A DNA stretch of 64,000 nucleotides, from positions 82,743-146,742 of the IMG/VR virus record IMGVR_UViG_3300028800_000062, one strand, 5' to 3'. The notes beneath the pieces were generated by a model. The model did not search any database, was not told where the DNA came from, and saw only the letters and a program-made list of their open reading frames with translations. This stretch comes from a virus. Position numbers and translations under genes: made by a program. Every line of letters begins with the position of its first letter. Position 1 is the first letter of the stretch. Of this stretch, positions 37,895 to 47,028 are shown piece after piece.

Positions 37895-38023
37895 CTGGAG
37901 CCAGCACCCGTCGCAAGCCGGGCGCTGGATTGGATCACTCGATTTAGTCAGCTATTCAAGGTGGTTCTATATAGACCACCTCCCTTAAGCGCCCGGCGTT
38001 CCCGCGTCGGGCGCTTGGCGTTT
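37895..38023 (+). ncRNA. Candidate structured RNA with three hairpins
   Basis: TACAAT at 37884; stems 37901-37928, 37959-37981 and 37987-38016. Confidence 0.45.
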
Positions 38024-38110
38024 ATGTGCGGTAAGCTGGCATATCGCGTGGGAATCCACGTCTGCGTAGGAATTGTAATTAAACAACAGGAAATTCGTAT
38101 GAAAACCGGC

Positions 38111-38145
38111 TTGACTTACTACGTAGTTACCAGTACGATTACTAC
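38111..38145 (+). promoter_or_regulatory. Promoter TTGACT-17-TACGAT with TTACTAC repeats
   Basis: ATG 6 nt after the -10; ACTACGTAGT palindrome in the spacer. Confidence 0.7.
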
Positions 38146-38379
38146 ATGAAAGGTGGCTTCATCGCAATTCACTTAGAATCATGCCGACAACTCCGCAGTC
38201 AAATGGATGCGTTACTCGGTCTGGACCGAGACCACCAAAGCTCTGTCTCGCAACGAATTCCAGCCGAAATGATCAACATATCCCGAGACCTCAACCGGTA
38301 TATGGAATGGGTTGCCATGAACAAGGAATACCTGGAAGCCTTGAATAGCTCCAAAGAATTCCTTGCCGCTGCCAATTGA
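38146..38379 (+). CDS. Leaderless 77-aa helical protein
   Basis: Own promoter, opposite strand to the early operon. Confidence 0.65.
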   Translation: MKGGFIAIHLESCRQLRSQMDALLGLDRDHQSSVSQRIPAEMINISRDLNRYMEWVAMNKEYLEALNSSKEFLAAAN

Positions 38380-38406
38380 AACGTCCGTAGACTGACCATT
38401 TAAGAC

Positions 38407-38440
38407 GGGGTATTCCCCAAGATGAACAGGGGAATACTCC
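38407..38440. terminator. Hairpin between convergent genes
   Basis: GGGGTATTCCCC-10nt-GGGGAATACTCC. Confidence 0.6.
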
Positions 38441-38443
38441 AAT

Positions 38444-38659
38444 TTATTCCTCAGTAATATGAATGGGGCTACGGCTGGTCAAGTGGAACACTGAAGAAAG
38501 TGGACCGACCTCCAACCGGATCCAAACATGCTTCTCGGTCATCCGCTCGATATGGGCGCTGGTATCGTTGTGGGCCAATACTATATCCTCTGGAGCGTCT
38601 TCCGGATCCCGGCGGATCCGCAACTTCCCCGAATCCGTAAGTCTCTTCTTCGACATCAC
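38444..38659 (-). CDS. Hypothetical protein
   Basis: Coupled ORF. Confidence 0.6.
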   Translation of the reverse strand: MMSKKRLTDSGKLRIRRDPEDAPEDIVLAHNDTSAHIERMTEKHVWIRLEVGPLSSVFHLTSRSPIHITEE

Positions 38660-39045
38660 AGGGCCTCCACGACTTCCTGCGCCTGAATGATGGCCAAACG
38701 TTTGTTCGTCTCGGCAAGTTGGGCGATCTCAGGGATCATGGGATCCAACTGGGCGGCGATTTCCTCGAGCTTACGGGCATTCTTCCGCTTCAGAGGCAGT
38801 AACATGCCCTTGAGCCCGGAATGTTCGCCGCCGATCGAGATGACCCGGGTCTTGTAGGTCCGGCCCTCATAGGAGCCTTCCTCAATCGTGGTAGGTGTGA
38901 GGTAAATGTAGATACCCCGCCGACTTACACCGCCTGTGAGGAAATTGCTCCCGCCGACTTCGTAACCCACTTTGACCTGCAGGCTGAAACCTATTTCTGC
39001 AGTATCGTACTCGTAATCTTCGTTATTCAATGTAAGGTTCGTCAT
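38656..39045 (-). CDS. Hypothetical phage protein
   Basis: AAGGAG SD; GGSNFLTG...RRGIYIYLTP. Confidence 0.65.
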   Translation of the reverse strand: MTNLTLNNEDYEYDTAEIGFSLQVKVGYEVGGSNFLTGGVSRRGIYIYLTPTTIEEGSYEGRTYKTRVISIGGEHSGLKGMLLPLKRKNARKLEEIAAQLDPMIPEIAQLAETNKRLAIIQAQEVVEAL

Positions 39046-39137
39046 GACCTACTCCTTGCTCCAACACCTCTCCGGCGGAATCAGTAGTTGTCTCCTCCGT
39101 AACCGCCGTCGAAGACACCATCCAGTATTCTCCCCAC

Positions 39138-39281
39138 TTACAGTTCGTCGAATTCGATCTTCCAGTCCTCGGCTTCCGTCAGGAGCCGCTCCAGGAACTG
39201 CTGGTATTCAACGCCGCGCAAACCTTCGGATGCTTCGGACACGGTGTCGCGCACCATTTGTACTCGATCTTCTATGGACAT
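39138..39281 (-). CDS. 47-aa acidic protein (not in ORF track)
   Basis: AAGGAG SD; MSIEDRVQMVRD...EDWKIEFDEL. Confidence 0.55.
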   Translation of the reverse strand: MSIEDRVQMVRDTVSEASEGLRGVEYQQFLERLLTEAEDWKIEFDEL

Positions 39282-39702
39282 GCTTTCTCCTTGCGCCTAA
39301 TGACAACATGTGACGGAGCACCCGATCCGGGTAGTCCAACTCGGAGTTGTACACGTGCAGTTTGCTACGCAGGGTCTTACCGCGATAACGGAATCCACTG
39401 CTTAAGTTGTAAGCCACCAATTCGGCGGCCTCCGGAACCGATCCAAAACGCGCCTGGCCGGAGTCCCATCCAAACCAGTTGTTCCGGGAACGCACGTGCT
39501 TGCCGCCGCTGGTTTCGACGATCGTCAAAGCCGGTAACAGCCGCCAGTCTAACCGGTAACGGTCAGCAATACGGATGAACGGGACGACGTAGGCCTGCAC
39601 CGGCCGCCCTTCCAAAGCACGCTCCAGCTGGTCAATTCTCCAGTCCCTGGCCGCGAAGGCGCAGGTACAGAGCATGCCAATGTAAAGTAGCCTGTGCATC
39701 AC
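39208..39702 (-). CDS. Secreted lysozyme-fold (glucosaminidase-like) muralytic enzyme
   Basis: Signal-like N-terminus; LDWRLLPALTIVETSGGK...NNWFGW. Confidence 0.7.
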   Translation of the reverse strand: MMHRLLYIGMLCTCAFAARDWRIDQLERALEGRPVQAYVVPFIRIADRYRLDWRLLPALTIVETSGGKHVRSRNNWFGWDSGQARFGSVPEAAELVAYNLSSGFRYRGKTLRSKLHVYNSELDYPDRVLRHMLSLGARRKHVHRRSSTNGARHRVRSIRRFARR

Positions 39703-39858
39703 GGTATTAGTCCTCCATCGTCTTCCCAGCGTCCCAACTCGCCGCGGCCGGCTGGGTCATAGTAGGGACACCGGGAGGGCAAACGGCACACATTGCAGTC
39801 GCGCGCCCCGCATCCGGAAATCCGGGCGAAGCGCATACAGCAACCAGTGAGAAGAATA

Positions 39859-40275
39859 TTAAACGGCAGGCGGCACCTTGGGAAAGCATGGAGCTGCCGG
39901 CCCAAACAACTTGTGAAAGAGCTCGCAGCAGACGTAAGCCGTCAGGTTGTGCCGGGCATACAGCCAGGCCGGAAACCCCTCCGGCAAAACCGCAGGCAAA
40001 GGCTCATCCTGCGGGATCTCTTCGCCCACTTTATGCGTCGCCGGCCGGCCGCAGTGCGCACAAGCCTCCCCGGTACAGGAAGCACTGACGAAATGCGAAA
40101 CCGGCTGCGCCTCTTCTGGCTTATCCAGCAGGCACCGGCAATACTGCTTCAGTACCTTGGCATGGCATTCCATGGAACATACCCGGGAATGGCTCAGGCT
40201 TTCCACAATGCCGCCGAAGTTCGTAGGGTATGGCAACCCACATCCGTTGCAGTAGAGGGTCTGCTTAGAGAACAT
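39859..40275 (-). CDS. Zn-finger hypothetical protein
   Basis: CNGC, CSMEC, CAHC. Confidence 0.55.
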   Translation of the reverse strand: MFSKQTLYCNGCGLPYPTNFGGIVESLSHSRVCSMECHAKVLKQYCRCLLDKPEEAQPVSHFVSASCTGEACAHCGRPATHKVGEEIPQDEPLPAVLPEGFPAWLYARHNLTAYVCCELFHKLFGPAAPCFPKVPPAV

Positions 40276-40615
40276 CCGGATCCTTCTGTTTCAGCTCCGG
40301 CGTAAACTTAGTCCAGCCACCGTTAGGAAGAGGCTTGCCTTTCTCCCGGCGCTTGGGAAACAGGGTGCCACCTTCCAGTGCCTGGCCGTACTCAAACCGT
40401 GCCCGACAGTCGTTGCAGACCATCTCGAAGTAGTCATACTTCCCGGACTTGCGATGCTGAAAGCGGATGCGAGTTGAGGTGCACGCCCCACAGGCGCACT
40501 CTGCCTCGAAGACCTCCTGCAGCTTGGCGATCTCTTTGAAGACGCCCTTCTGGCCGTCGGCCTCCACTTCAAAAGTGATGCGGCCGTCGCCGGTTCTATA
40601 ATGGACTTTCATCAT
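40265..40615 (-). CDS. Zn-ribbon phage protein
   Basis: CGAC...CNDC...LFPKR...GW. Confidence 0.7.
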   Translation of the reverse strand: MMKVHYRTGDGRITFEVEADGQKGVFKEIAKLQEVFEAECACGACTSTRIRFQHRKSGKYDYFEMVCNDCRARFEYGQALEGGTLFPKRREKGKPLPNGGWTKFTPELKQKDPDVL

Positions 40616-40854
40616 TCTCCGTTCGGCGGATCCAATTCGTCCGCCCGCTTCCGCAATAAGGCCGCGGCTTCCTTACGCTCATCCAAAGTTAGAGTTCGGT
40701 CATTGAAGCCGGCCTCGCGCCGCATCGATTCAGGCCAGATCGCAACATCCACATTGACTCCGTGAAACTGGCGATCAAGCCAACCCTTCCGCAGTAACGC
40801 AGCGCTCATTGCAACCTTACCTTCGGCCGGCCGGGATAAGTCTGCCCGATCCAC
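40612..40854 (-). CDS. Hypothetical protein
   Basis: ORF in dense operon. Confidence 0.5.
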   Translation of the reverse strand: MDRADLSRPAEGKVAMSAALLRKGWLDRQFHGVNVDVAIWPESMRREAGFNDRTLTLDERKEAAALLRKRADELDPPNGE

Positions 40855-41054
40855 TCATCGGCGAGACCTACCGCGGAAGACTCCGTCTCCGCCAGGCCCA
40901 TCTTGCCGTCGAGCGTCCGGCCGCATTTGACAATGTGCCAGCGCCAGTTCCCGTCGATCGTCTGGGTTATCTTGTATTGCACCGGAGCGTCGCCCAGAAC
41001 ATCCACATCCCAGGACCAGGGTTGTATCTGGCTGGCATCTACGTAAGAACGCAT
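40806..41054 (-). CDS. Hypothetical protein
   Basis: AGGAG SD. Confidence 0.55.
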   Translation of the reverse strand: MRSYVDASQIQPWSWDVDVLGDAPVQYKITQTIDGNWRWHIVKCGRTLDGKMGLAETESSAVGLADEWIGQTYPGRPKVRLQ

Positions 41055-41057
41055 GAA

Positions 41058-41444
41058 TTACTCCTGACTATTAGGAATGTCCTCGCGAGGATTGGAAACA
41101 CGAATCGCCGCCGCCAGGGCCTTGATCTTCTGTGCGGCTGAAAGATGCAAGAGCACCTTCCGCCAACGGTTCAGGAAGCTGATCTCGTAATCGTTTGCCG
41201 TAGCCGCCTCGGTATACCACTTCCAACAGCAGACGCTGTATTGGAGCCATTGACCCTCTGTAAGCCGCTCTTCCACAGCGTACAGACGATCAAATGTTAG
41301 TCGCACAGGATCCCACTCCCTGCTGCGGCCCGCTATAGCCGCGAGCTCCCACCAACCCAAAGGAGATTGTTGCGTGCAGCACCACGTTGGCAACGCGGGC
41401 CGCGGTTCCATAAAGCCGCAGATAATGCTTTCATCGCTGATCAT
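41058..41444 (-). CDS. Hypothetical Trp-rich phage protein
   Basis: Start revised to MISDES (ATGA overlap). Confidence 0.55.
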   Translation of the reverse strand: MISDESIICGFMEPRPALPTWCCTQQSPLGWWELAAIAGRSREWDPVRLTFDRLYAVEERLTEGQWLQYSVCCWKWYTEAATANDYEISFLNRWRKVLLHLSAAQKIKALAAAIRVSNPREDIPNSQE

Positions 41445-41869
41445 TCCCAAATCCCCTTGCCGCCCTGGCGCGCCGCATCGATCTGTTGCTCCAGCTGGGC
41501 TTTGCCATCTCGCGCCTCCGCCAGTGCTTTGAGGATCTCTTCCGGATCCTGTTGGAAAGTAGCGATAGGCACCATCCGGAGACCTCCCACCGCCGGCTTG
41601 CACTGGCCGAACTTCGACCAGATCTGTTGCATATCCGCGGTGACTTCCCATTTCGGCCGGACCAAACTCAGGATCCGCACCATGTGTTCAAACTCCTTGG
41701 CATGAAAAGGAATCTGTACCAGACGCATGGTAGGGATGTTGACGATGACGCCGCCTTTATCCAAAAAGGGGCGGGTGGCGTACACTTCGCCGCGCGGCCA
41801 AGCCGCCACCCACGCCTGCACCGTACGGAACAGGCGATCGCAAATGCCTGGAAACCAGATAGGACTCAT
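41441..41869 (-). CDS. Hypothetical protein
   Basis: Coupled ORF. Confidence 0.6.
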   Translation of the reverse strand: MSPIWFPGICDRLFRTVQAWVAAWPRGEVYATRPFLDKGGVIVNIPTMRLVQIPFHAKEFEHMVRILSLVRPKWEVTADMQQIWSKFGQCKPAVGGLRMVPIATFQQDPEEILKALAEARDGKAQLEQQIDAARQGGKGIWE

Positions 41870-42375
41870 GCCGCCCGATACATCTCCGGATCAAGGATCT
41901 TCTGGTTCATGAGATAGAACACCAGACTTTCATGGATGCCTTCATCCTCGACCGGCGCCAGCCACTCGAAGAACCAGGTCTGGCCGCTCACACCATGAGA
42001 CTTAGCCAGCGTCTTTGGATTTGCCGTCACCTGGTAAATGTGGATCCGCAGCTCCGTCTGCTTCACCTGCTCATTGAAGATCCAGGCAGGATACCGCTCC
42101 GGGTTCTGCTGGCGGCCCATCAGGGCGTCCATGGTCTCCCGGAAGGCCACAAAGATCTTGCCACTCGGTTTATGGCGCACGCTGGCCAGGTGCTCGTAGA
42201 ACGTGAGCACATCGCTATCCTTGGGATGGTCGATATGCAGCCGCGGGTCGGGCTCCTTGCGCTGCGCCGAACCCCCAGGCAGGGGGTATACACTGGCATC
42301 CAGGACCTCGAGCTGAGCCATGAACTCCAGGTTGACCGGACGCACCGGCAGGTATAGCTTTTTGTCTTCCGGCAT
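41866..42375 (-). CDS. Hypothetical protein
   Basis: Coupled ORF. Confidence 0.65.
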   Translation of the reverse strand: MPEDKKLYLPVRPVNLEFMAQLEVLDASVYPLPGGSAQRKEPDPRLHIDHPKDSDVLTFYEHLASVRHKPSGKIFVAFRETMDALMGRQQNPERYPAWIFNEQVKQTELRIHIYQVTANPKTLAKSHGVSGQTWFFEWLAPVEDEGIHESLVFYLMNQKILDPEMYRAA

Positions 42376-42914
42376 TAGCGCCCCTTCTTGGCTTCCGGAC
42401 GGGTTTGCAGGTCTTCGACCATCACGCGAACTTCTTCTCCGCGTTGGGCCAAGCCGTCGACCACTTCCTGCAGGCTGGTTACCTGCGCCATCAAATCCTT
42501 CTTCAACTCGACAAATTGCTCGAGCAAAGAAGCAGTGGACGGGTCTTTATCCTCCGCCTCCGCCGCTTTCGGCTCCGGCTCCAGGGACTTCTCATAAGCA
42601 GCCACTGCATCCAGTGCCGTACGCAAGCTGGCCAGATCCTGGCTGGCCGCGCGGCCGCCGCGAGAACCGCCGATGTTCGGCGCAATCACATGTCCGCAAG
42701 GACACATGCGTACCGTGTGATAGGTTTCCGTCAGATACTGAATGTCACCGCCCGGCATCGCCGAGTAGGAGTTGGCCTGGTACTGCCGCAGATTGATCTC
42801 GTATAACCAATCCGACCCGCACCGCGGACACGGCAAAGGCCGCAAGGCCTGCTGCTGCAACCGCTGAAACCCGCTCGGTTGATCATTCGAATACGGATTT
42901 GTTGTTGGCGTCAT
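42375..42914 (-). CDS. Zn-ribbon plus coiled-coil protein
   Basis: CPRC...CPCG; GAGG SD. Confidence 0.65.
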   Translation of the reverse strand: MTPTTNPYSNDQPSGFQRLQQQALRPLPCPRCGSDWLYEINLRQYQANSYSAMPGGDIQYLTETYHTVRMCPCGHVIAPNIGGSRGGRAASQDLASLRTALDAVAAYEKSLEPEPKAAEAEDKDPSTASLLEQFVELKKDLMAQVTSLQEVVDGLAQRGEEVRVMVEDLQTRPEAKKGR

Positions 42915-42970
42915 CGATTACCTCTTTCTTCTTCTTGCAATAAATACAGCGGTCATCTAAAAACAAGTGC

Positions 42971-43705
42971 TTACAGGTAGAAAGCACCCGGTTGTCTTGA
43001 TCCACGCGAAACCGGGACCGTCCGGTTGCAGGATCCACTATCTCCATGTCGTCCATCGCCAGCTCCCTTGATACAAACCTTGGCCTGACAGGTGTCACAG
43101 TAGCTGCTGGGCACCGGGTAAGCTTCCTGATCCCGGTCCTGATGCACATAGGCATGCACCGCCGACTCCAGATACCGCACCATGCGTTCTTTCATCAACT
43201 GGCGGGTATAAGATCCGGTGGCCAGAGAATAATGAATCACATCCACCCGCGGATAAGCCTGCTCGAAGCGGCGGAAATGCATCCAGCGAGCCACAGTCAT
43301 GACATCCGGATAAGGATAGGCCAGGCCCTCGTGCAAGCGCAGGATCAGAGGCTTCTTGCCGGAAAGCAATACCGCATACCGGCCCGTGACTTCTACCTGT
43401 CCAAAACTCAACAGATAGTCCGTAGCAGGCTGAAATACACCGTGCAAGTCCAATAGATCCCGCAACTTACGACAAATACCCGGAAGGGCTAACAGCACCT
43501 TCCGGGACTTGGTGGGCATGCAGAATTCAAAGCGCTCGCGCAGCTGTGCAAGCGACGGCCGGCGCCCATGAAACTCCTCGAGCAACAACCACTTCAGGGT
43601 TTCCATTCCGGCTTTCATATCGTCTGCATAAATACTCTCCTGCAGGCGCAAAGGGCAGCGGGTGTACTCCAGCAGATGACTTTCCGGAATGGTTACGCCC
43701 TTCAC
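42971..43705 (-). CDS. Degenerate PD-(D/E)XK/Cas4-like protein
   Basis: YTRCP at the N-terminus and YCDTC...C at the C-terminus; catalytic motif not evident. Confidence 0.5.
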   Translation of the reverse strand: MKGVTIPESHLLEYTRCPLRLQESIYADDMKAGMETLKWLLLEEFHGRRPSLAQLRERFEFCMPTKSRKVLLALPGICRKLRDLLDLHGVFQPATDYLLSFGQVEVTGRYAVLLSGKKPLILRLHEGLAYPYPDVMTVARWMHFRRFEQAYPRVDVIHYSLATGSYTRQLMKERMVRYLESAVHAYVHQDRDQEAYPVPSSYCDTCQAKVCIKGAGDGRHGDSGSCNRTVPVSRGSRQPGAFYL

Positions 43706-44079
43706 TTCTTCGCCGGATCGGCAGCCGGCGCAGCAGGCTTCCGGACCAGGGTCCAGGTATTCGAGTCGAGATCGTAGTCTTCCGACTGTACCTTGGCCCG
43801 CAGATAAATCTGCTGCACCAGAGCGTTGACCTGACCGTTGGCCTGTTCCACTTGCGCCTTATTGCGTTCCGCGCGCAAAGAAAGGTTATCGGACTCCAGG
43901 TTCAGCTCGCGTAATGTACGCAGAATATCTTTCACCTGGTTGACTAGCTCCGGCGCGATGGCAATCCGCTCAGCGGCAACTGCCTTGGAGGCTGCCGGCG
44001 GCGCCGGGGTCTTGGGGGCCTCGGCTGCCATGACAGGCAAACAGGCCAAAACGAACAACATGAAATATTGCTTCAACAT
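43702..44079 (-). CDS. Secreted coiled-coil protein
   Basis: Signal peptide MLKQYFMLFVLACLPVMA. Confidence 0.65.
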   Translation of the reverse strand: MLKQYFMLFVLACLPVMAAEAPKTPAPPAASKAVAAERIAIAPELVNQVKDILRTLRELNLESDNLSLRAERNKAQVEQANGQVNALVQQIYLRAKVQSEDYDLDSNTWTLVRKPAAPAADPAKK

Positions 44080-44099
44080 CAGTTATATTGCTCCTTGTC

Positions 44100-45641
44100 T
44101 CACTTCCATTGATCAGCGCCGCGCGTCGTCGTCTGTTCGGCTTGATGCAACTGCTCCGTCTTGGACGACTGGCAGGCGGACACCAACTTGACCATTGGTG
44201 CGGCTTTCCGGACCGATACTTTCCGGGGCTCAACCAGCACGGCTTTAACCTGGGCGGGTTGCTCACGAATCAACAGCATCCGCTTTCCCGCCTCGAGGAT
44301 CTGTTGCGCAGCATCCCCTTCCAATTGGCGGGCCTGCTGCAGTACCGATTCCCAGAGAAACTCCGGCGGAATGGTAGTAGCCTCCGACAACTGGCACAGC
44401 ATGTCATATCGCAGCAGGGGATCCGGCTGCAGCATGATCTTGCGCACATAGGCCGCCGCCACCGACACCCGGTCGGTAGAAAGAGTGGCCTGCACGGCAT
44501 TCCAGTAAAAGTAGCTGCGCCGCGGCAACTCCCGGAAGGACTTCAGGCCATGCCGACGGATATACACATCCGGATCGACCTTCTCCCCGTCCAGCGACGG
44601 CAAGTCGATTAATTCAGCCCGCACATCCGGCCGGCTGGCCAGCTGTTGGTCGAAGAACTCAGCGAACTTCTGCTTGCCGCCCTCGCCTCCGCGATCGGAG
44701 TCGAAACAGCAGATAAAGTGGCGAACCCCGTTATCCAAGGACAACTGCAGATGTTCCTCGTTGAAGCGCGCGTTGCAAACCGCCACGCTGTTCAACAGTC
44801 CGAAGTTATGTGCCGTGACACAATCGGCGTTTCCCTCAAACACATAAATCGAGGAGTTGCCTTTCGCCAGGTGAAACCCGAACAGCACCTTGCGCTTGGC
44901 GAAAGAAGTGTTCACATACTTCGGAGCGTGCTGAAACGACTTGGTTTTGTATTCCGGCGAGTTCTTATCCAGGCCCTCCAGCTCAGCTTCTTCCTTCTCG
45001 AACAACAAGTTACGGCCAGCAAAAGCGATGGGACGGCCTACCGGGTCTTTGATCGTGTAGATCAGGCTCTGTTCACGGAAGATCCGACTGTCACAAAGCC
45101 CAATTTCCTTCAGGAACTTCTCCGAGAACCCTGCCTTATTCATTTCCTCCAGGTACTCGAAGAAACCGCTCACTCCGCCGATTCCAAAACTGCGCACAAT
45201 CGGAGCCGACCAGCCGTAGTCGGTCAACTTCGACCGCACCATGTCGGACTGCTTCATGCACAATACCAGGCGGGCAGCCTTCTCAAAGGCCTGATCGACC
45301 AGTAATTGATGCTGTTCTTCTTCCGTCAGTTCCTGGTTCCGGTTGGGGACCTCCACGCCGAATTCCCCAGCCAGGTAACAGAAAGTCTCCTTGTACCACT
45401 CCACACCACTCTTCGGCCGCCCATCCAAATAATGGCAGGACTCGAAGATGTCGCAGGTTTCTCCACACCCGTGGCAATGCCACAGTCGTTCCTCGGTACC
45501 CGGCACGAAGTTACAACTGGCCACCGAATCTTCATGAATGAAGCACTTCCAGCGGCCTTTCGCGTTGATCTCGACGCCCCGACTGGTCAGATAGGCCCGA
45601 TGAAACTGATGCAATCGGTCTTTGGCCGAACTGGCGAACAT
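44100..45641 (-). CDS. dnaG: DnaG-type primase
   Basis: CFIHED...WHCHGC Zn finger, FAGR, PKYVNT, FEGNAD, CFDSDRGG TOPRIM, DPD. Confidence 0.92.
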   Translation of the reverse strand: MFASSAKDRLHQFHRAYLTSRGVEINAKGRWKCFIHEDSVASCNFVPGTEERLWHCHGCGETCDIFESCHYLDGRPKSGVEWYKETFCYLAGEFGVEVPNRNQELTEEEQHQLLVDQAFEKAARLVLCMKQSDMVRSKLTDYGWSAPIVRSFGIGGVSGFFEYLEEMNKAGFSEKFLKEIGLCDSRIFREQSLIYTIKDPVGRPIAFAGRNLLFEKEEAELEGLDKNSPEYKTKSFQHAPKYVNTSFAKRKVLFGFHLAKGNSSIYVFEGNADCVTAHNFGLLNSVAVCNARFNEEHLQLSLDNGVRHFICCFDSDRGGEGGKQKFAEFFDQQLASRPDVRAELIDLPSLDGEKVDPDVYIRRHGLKSFRELPRRSYFYWNAVQATLSTDRVSVAAAYVRKIMLQPDPLLRYDMLCQLSEATTIPPEFLWESVLQQARQLEGDAAQQILEAGKRMLLIREQPAQVKAVLVEPRKVSVRKAAPMVKLVSACQSSKTEQLHQAEQTTTRGADQWK

Positions 45642-45655
45642 ACTGTCTCCTCGAA

Positions 45656-45973
45656 TTACTTCTTCTTCGACTTGGCCACCTGATGCAGGCACCATTTGCA
45701 GATGGGAGGTTCGTAACTGGCGCCGCGCTCACGGAACAACTGCTGCATGCGATCGGCGGGATAGGACTCCAGGTCGTCGACATACATTTCCAGGACCACG
45801 CCACACTTACATTGCACTGCCACCCGATGCGGCGGCATTCCCTTACGATAGGAAACCGGATTCTGTGCCGCCAGTTCCGCTTCCGGATCCGGCATTACCA
45901 CATCGGGAACTTCCAGCACTTCCAGAACTTCCACTCTAGGGCTCTTGCTGATGTTTCGTTTAGTCAAAGTCAT
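45656..45973 (-). CDS. Zn-ribbon protein
   Basis: CKCG...CKWC. Confidence 0.55.
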   Translation of the reverse strand: MTLTKRNISKSPRVEVLEVLEVPDVVMPDPEAELAAQNPVSYRKGMPPHRVAVQCKCGVVLEMYVDDLESYPADRMQQLFRERGASYEPPICKWCLHQVAKSKKK

Positions 45974-45998
45974 TACACTGGGGTCCCCGCCCCGTTGG

Positions 45999-46047
45999 CT
46001 AACTAACCGTTAGTTCGATTGTACAACATGCTGCGGCAGGCTGTCAA
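45999..46047 (-). promoter_or_regulatory. Promoter TTGACA-18-TACAAT with palindromic operator AACTAAC-C-GTTAGTT (46001-46015) at +1
   Basis: Direct reading; upstream of the primase operon. Confidence 0.7.
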
Positions 46048-46168
46048 CAGTCTGGATATCATTCGAAGCAGTTAAACACGGCCGCATACGCCAGTGTTCC
46101 CGCAAAGGCCGCTGGCAAACTGAGCATTTCTCTGGTTCTGGGTATTCCCACCAATCCGTTGTCACGCC

Positions 46169-46447
46169 TCAACCGTGAACATCATACTGGTCGACGCCCC
46201 AGGACAGAATCTGACTGTTCTCCAGCTCTTCATCAAGGACCGCTTCCAAAGTCACTTCATCCATTTGCGATAGCGGGATATCCGGATCGTTGTCCTGATC
46301 GCCTTCCATAACAAAAGACTCGCCCTTGGCCCACTCCACCAGGTCACGGAGTGCCCCAACCCTCGACCGTAAAACAGCCACACGCACATTTCCCGTGTAA
46401 CTGTCGGCACCTTTCACAGGCACCAACGTGCTTACCCATACCTTCAT
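46169..46447 (-). CDS. Acidic hypothetical protein
   Basis: Coupled ORF. Confidence 0.6.
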   Translation of the reverse strand: MKVWVSTLVPVKGADSYTGNVRVAVLRSRVGALRDLVEWAKGESFVMEGDQDNDPDIPLSQMDEVTLEAVLDEELENSQILSWGVDQYDVHG

Positions 46448-47028
46448 AGATCTTTCCTTTTCAACTTACGGATCAAAACCGCAAAGTCCTCTTCGAACAT
46501 CACCACCACACCTTGCTTGTACTTGTTCTGCAATAACAGAGCACCGAAAGTCGTACCGCCGCGCATGGCATCCTGGGTTACCTTAATCAGTTCCCCCATC
46601 AGCACCACCGGATGAATGCGGTCGCTCTGCATCTTGGTGTCGATAGTGATGCTCCCGTCGTCGAGAACATGATCTCCATTCTTGTTCACCCGGCCGGAAT
46701 TCAGAGTGGCCTTGATGATGGAGCGTTCGGTCCGGCGCTCGGCGGCCCGCGCCAGCCTCTGTATCTCCATACGGGCCTTGTCTTTGAGCAGCCTCGCCGT
46801 AGACTGCTGCTTACGCCGCGCGTCGCGCGCCGCACGTTTGTTGACCGCTTCCTGAGGATGCTTCTTCGAGGCGCCCGCCGCCGGCCGCCAGCGATTGTAG
46901 ATGCCGGCAAACCGCGAGGCATATTTGCACCCGAAGCAGGACGGGTAGTCTGGTTCGACCAGGTTCTGACACTCCTCCGACTCGGCACAGGGCTCGGCCT
47001 TGCCCGACAACTGCAGTAATGCGCTCAT
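46444..47028 (-). CDS. Hjc-like PD-(D/E)XK nuclease
   Basis: NSGRVNKNGDHV...IDTK. Confidence 0.55.
   Translation of the reverse strand: MSALLQLSGKAEPCAESEECQNLVEPDYPSCFGCKYASRFAGIYNRWRPAAGASKKHPQEAVNKRAARDARRKQQSTARLLKDKARMEIQRLARAAERRTERSIIKATLNSGRVNKNGDHVLDDGSITIDTKMQSDRIHPVVLMGELIKVTQDAMRGGTTFGALLLQNKYKQGVVVMFEEDFAVLIRKLKRKDL

Noticed and set aside
37959-37981. Palindrome as a protelomerase tel site
   Set aside because: Short and imperfect, and no protelomerase is seen in the window
38407-38440. GTATTCCCC resembling a type I-E CRISPR repeat start
   Set aside because: Single inverted pair between convergent genes; fits a terminator
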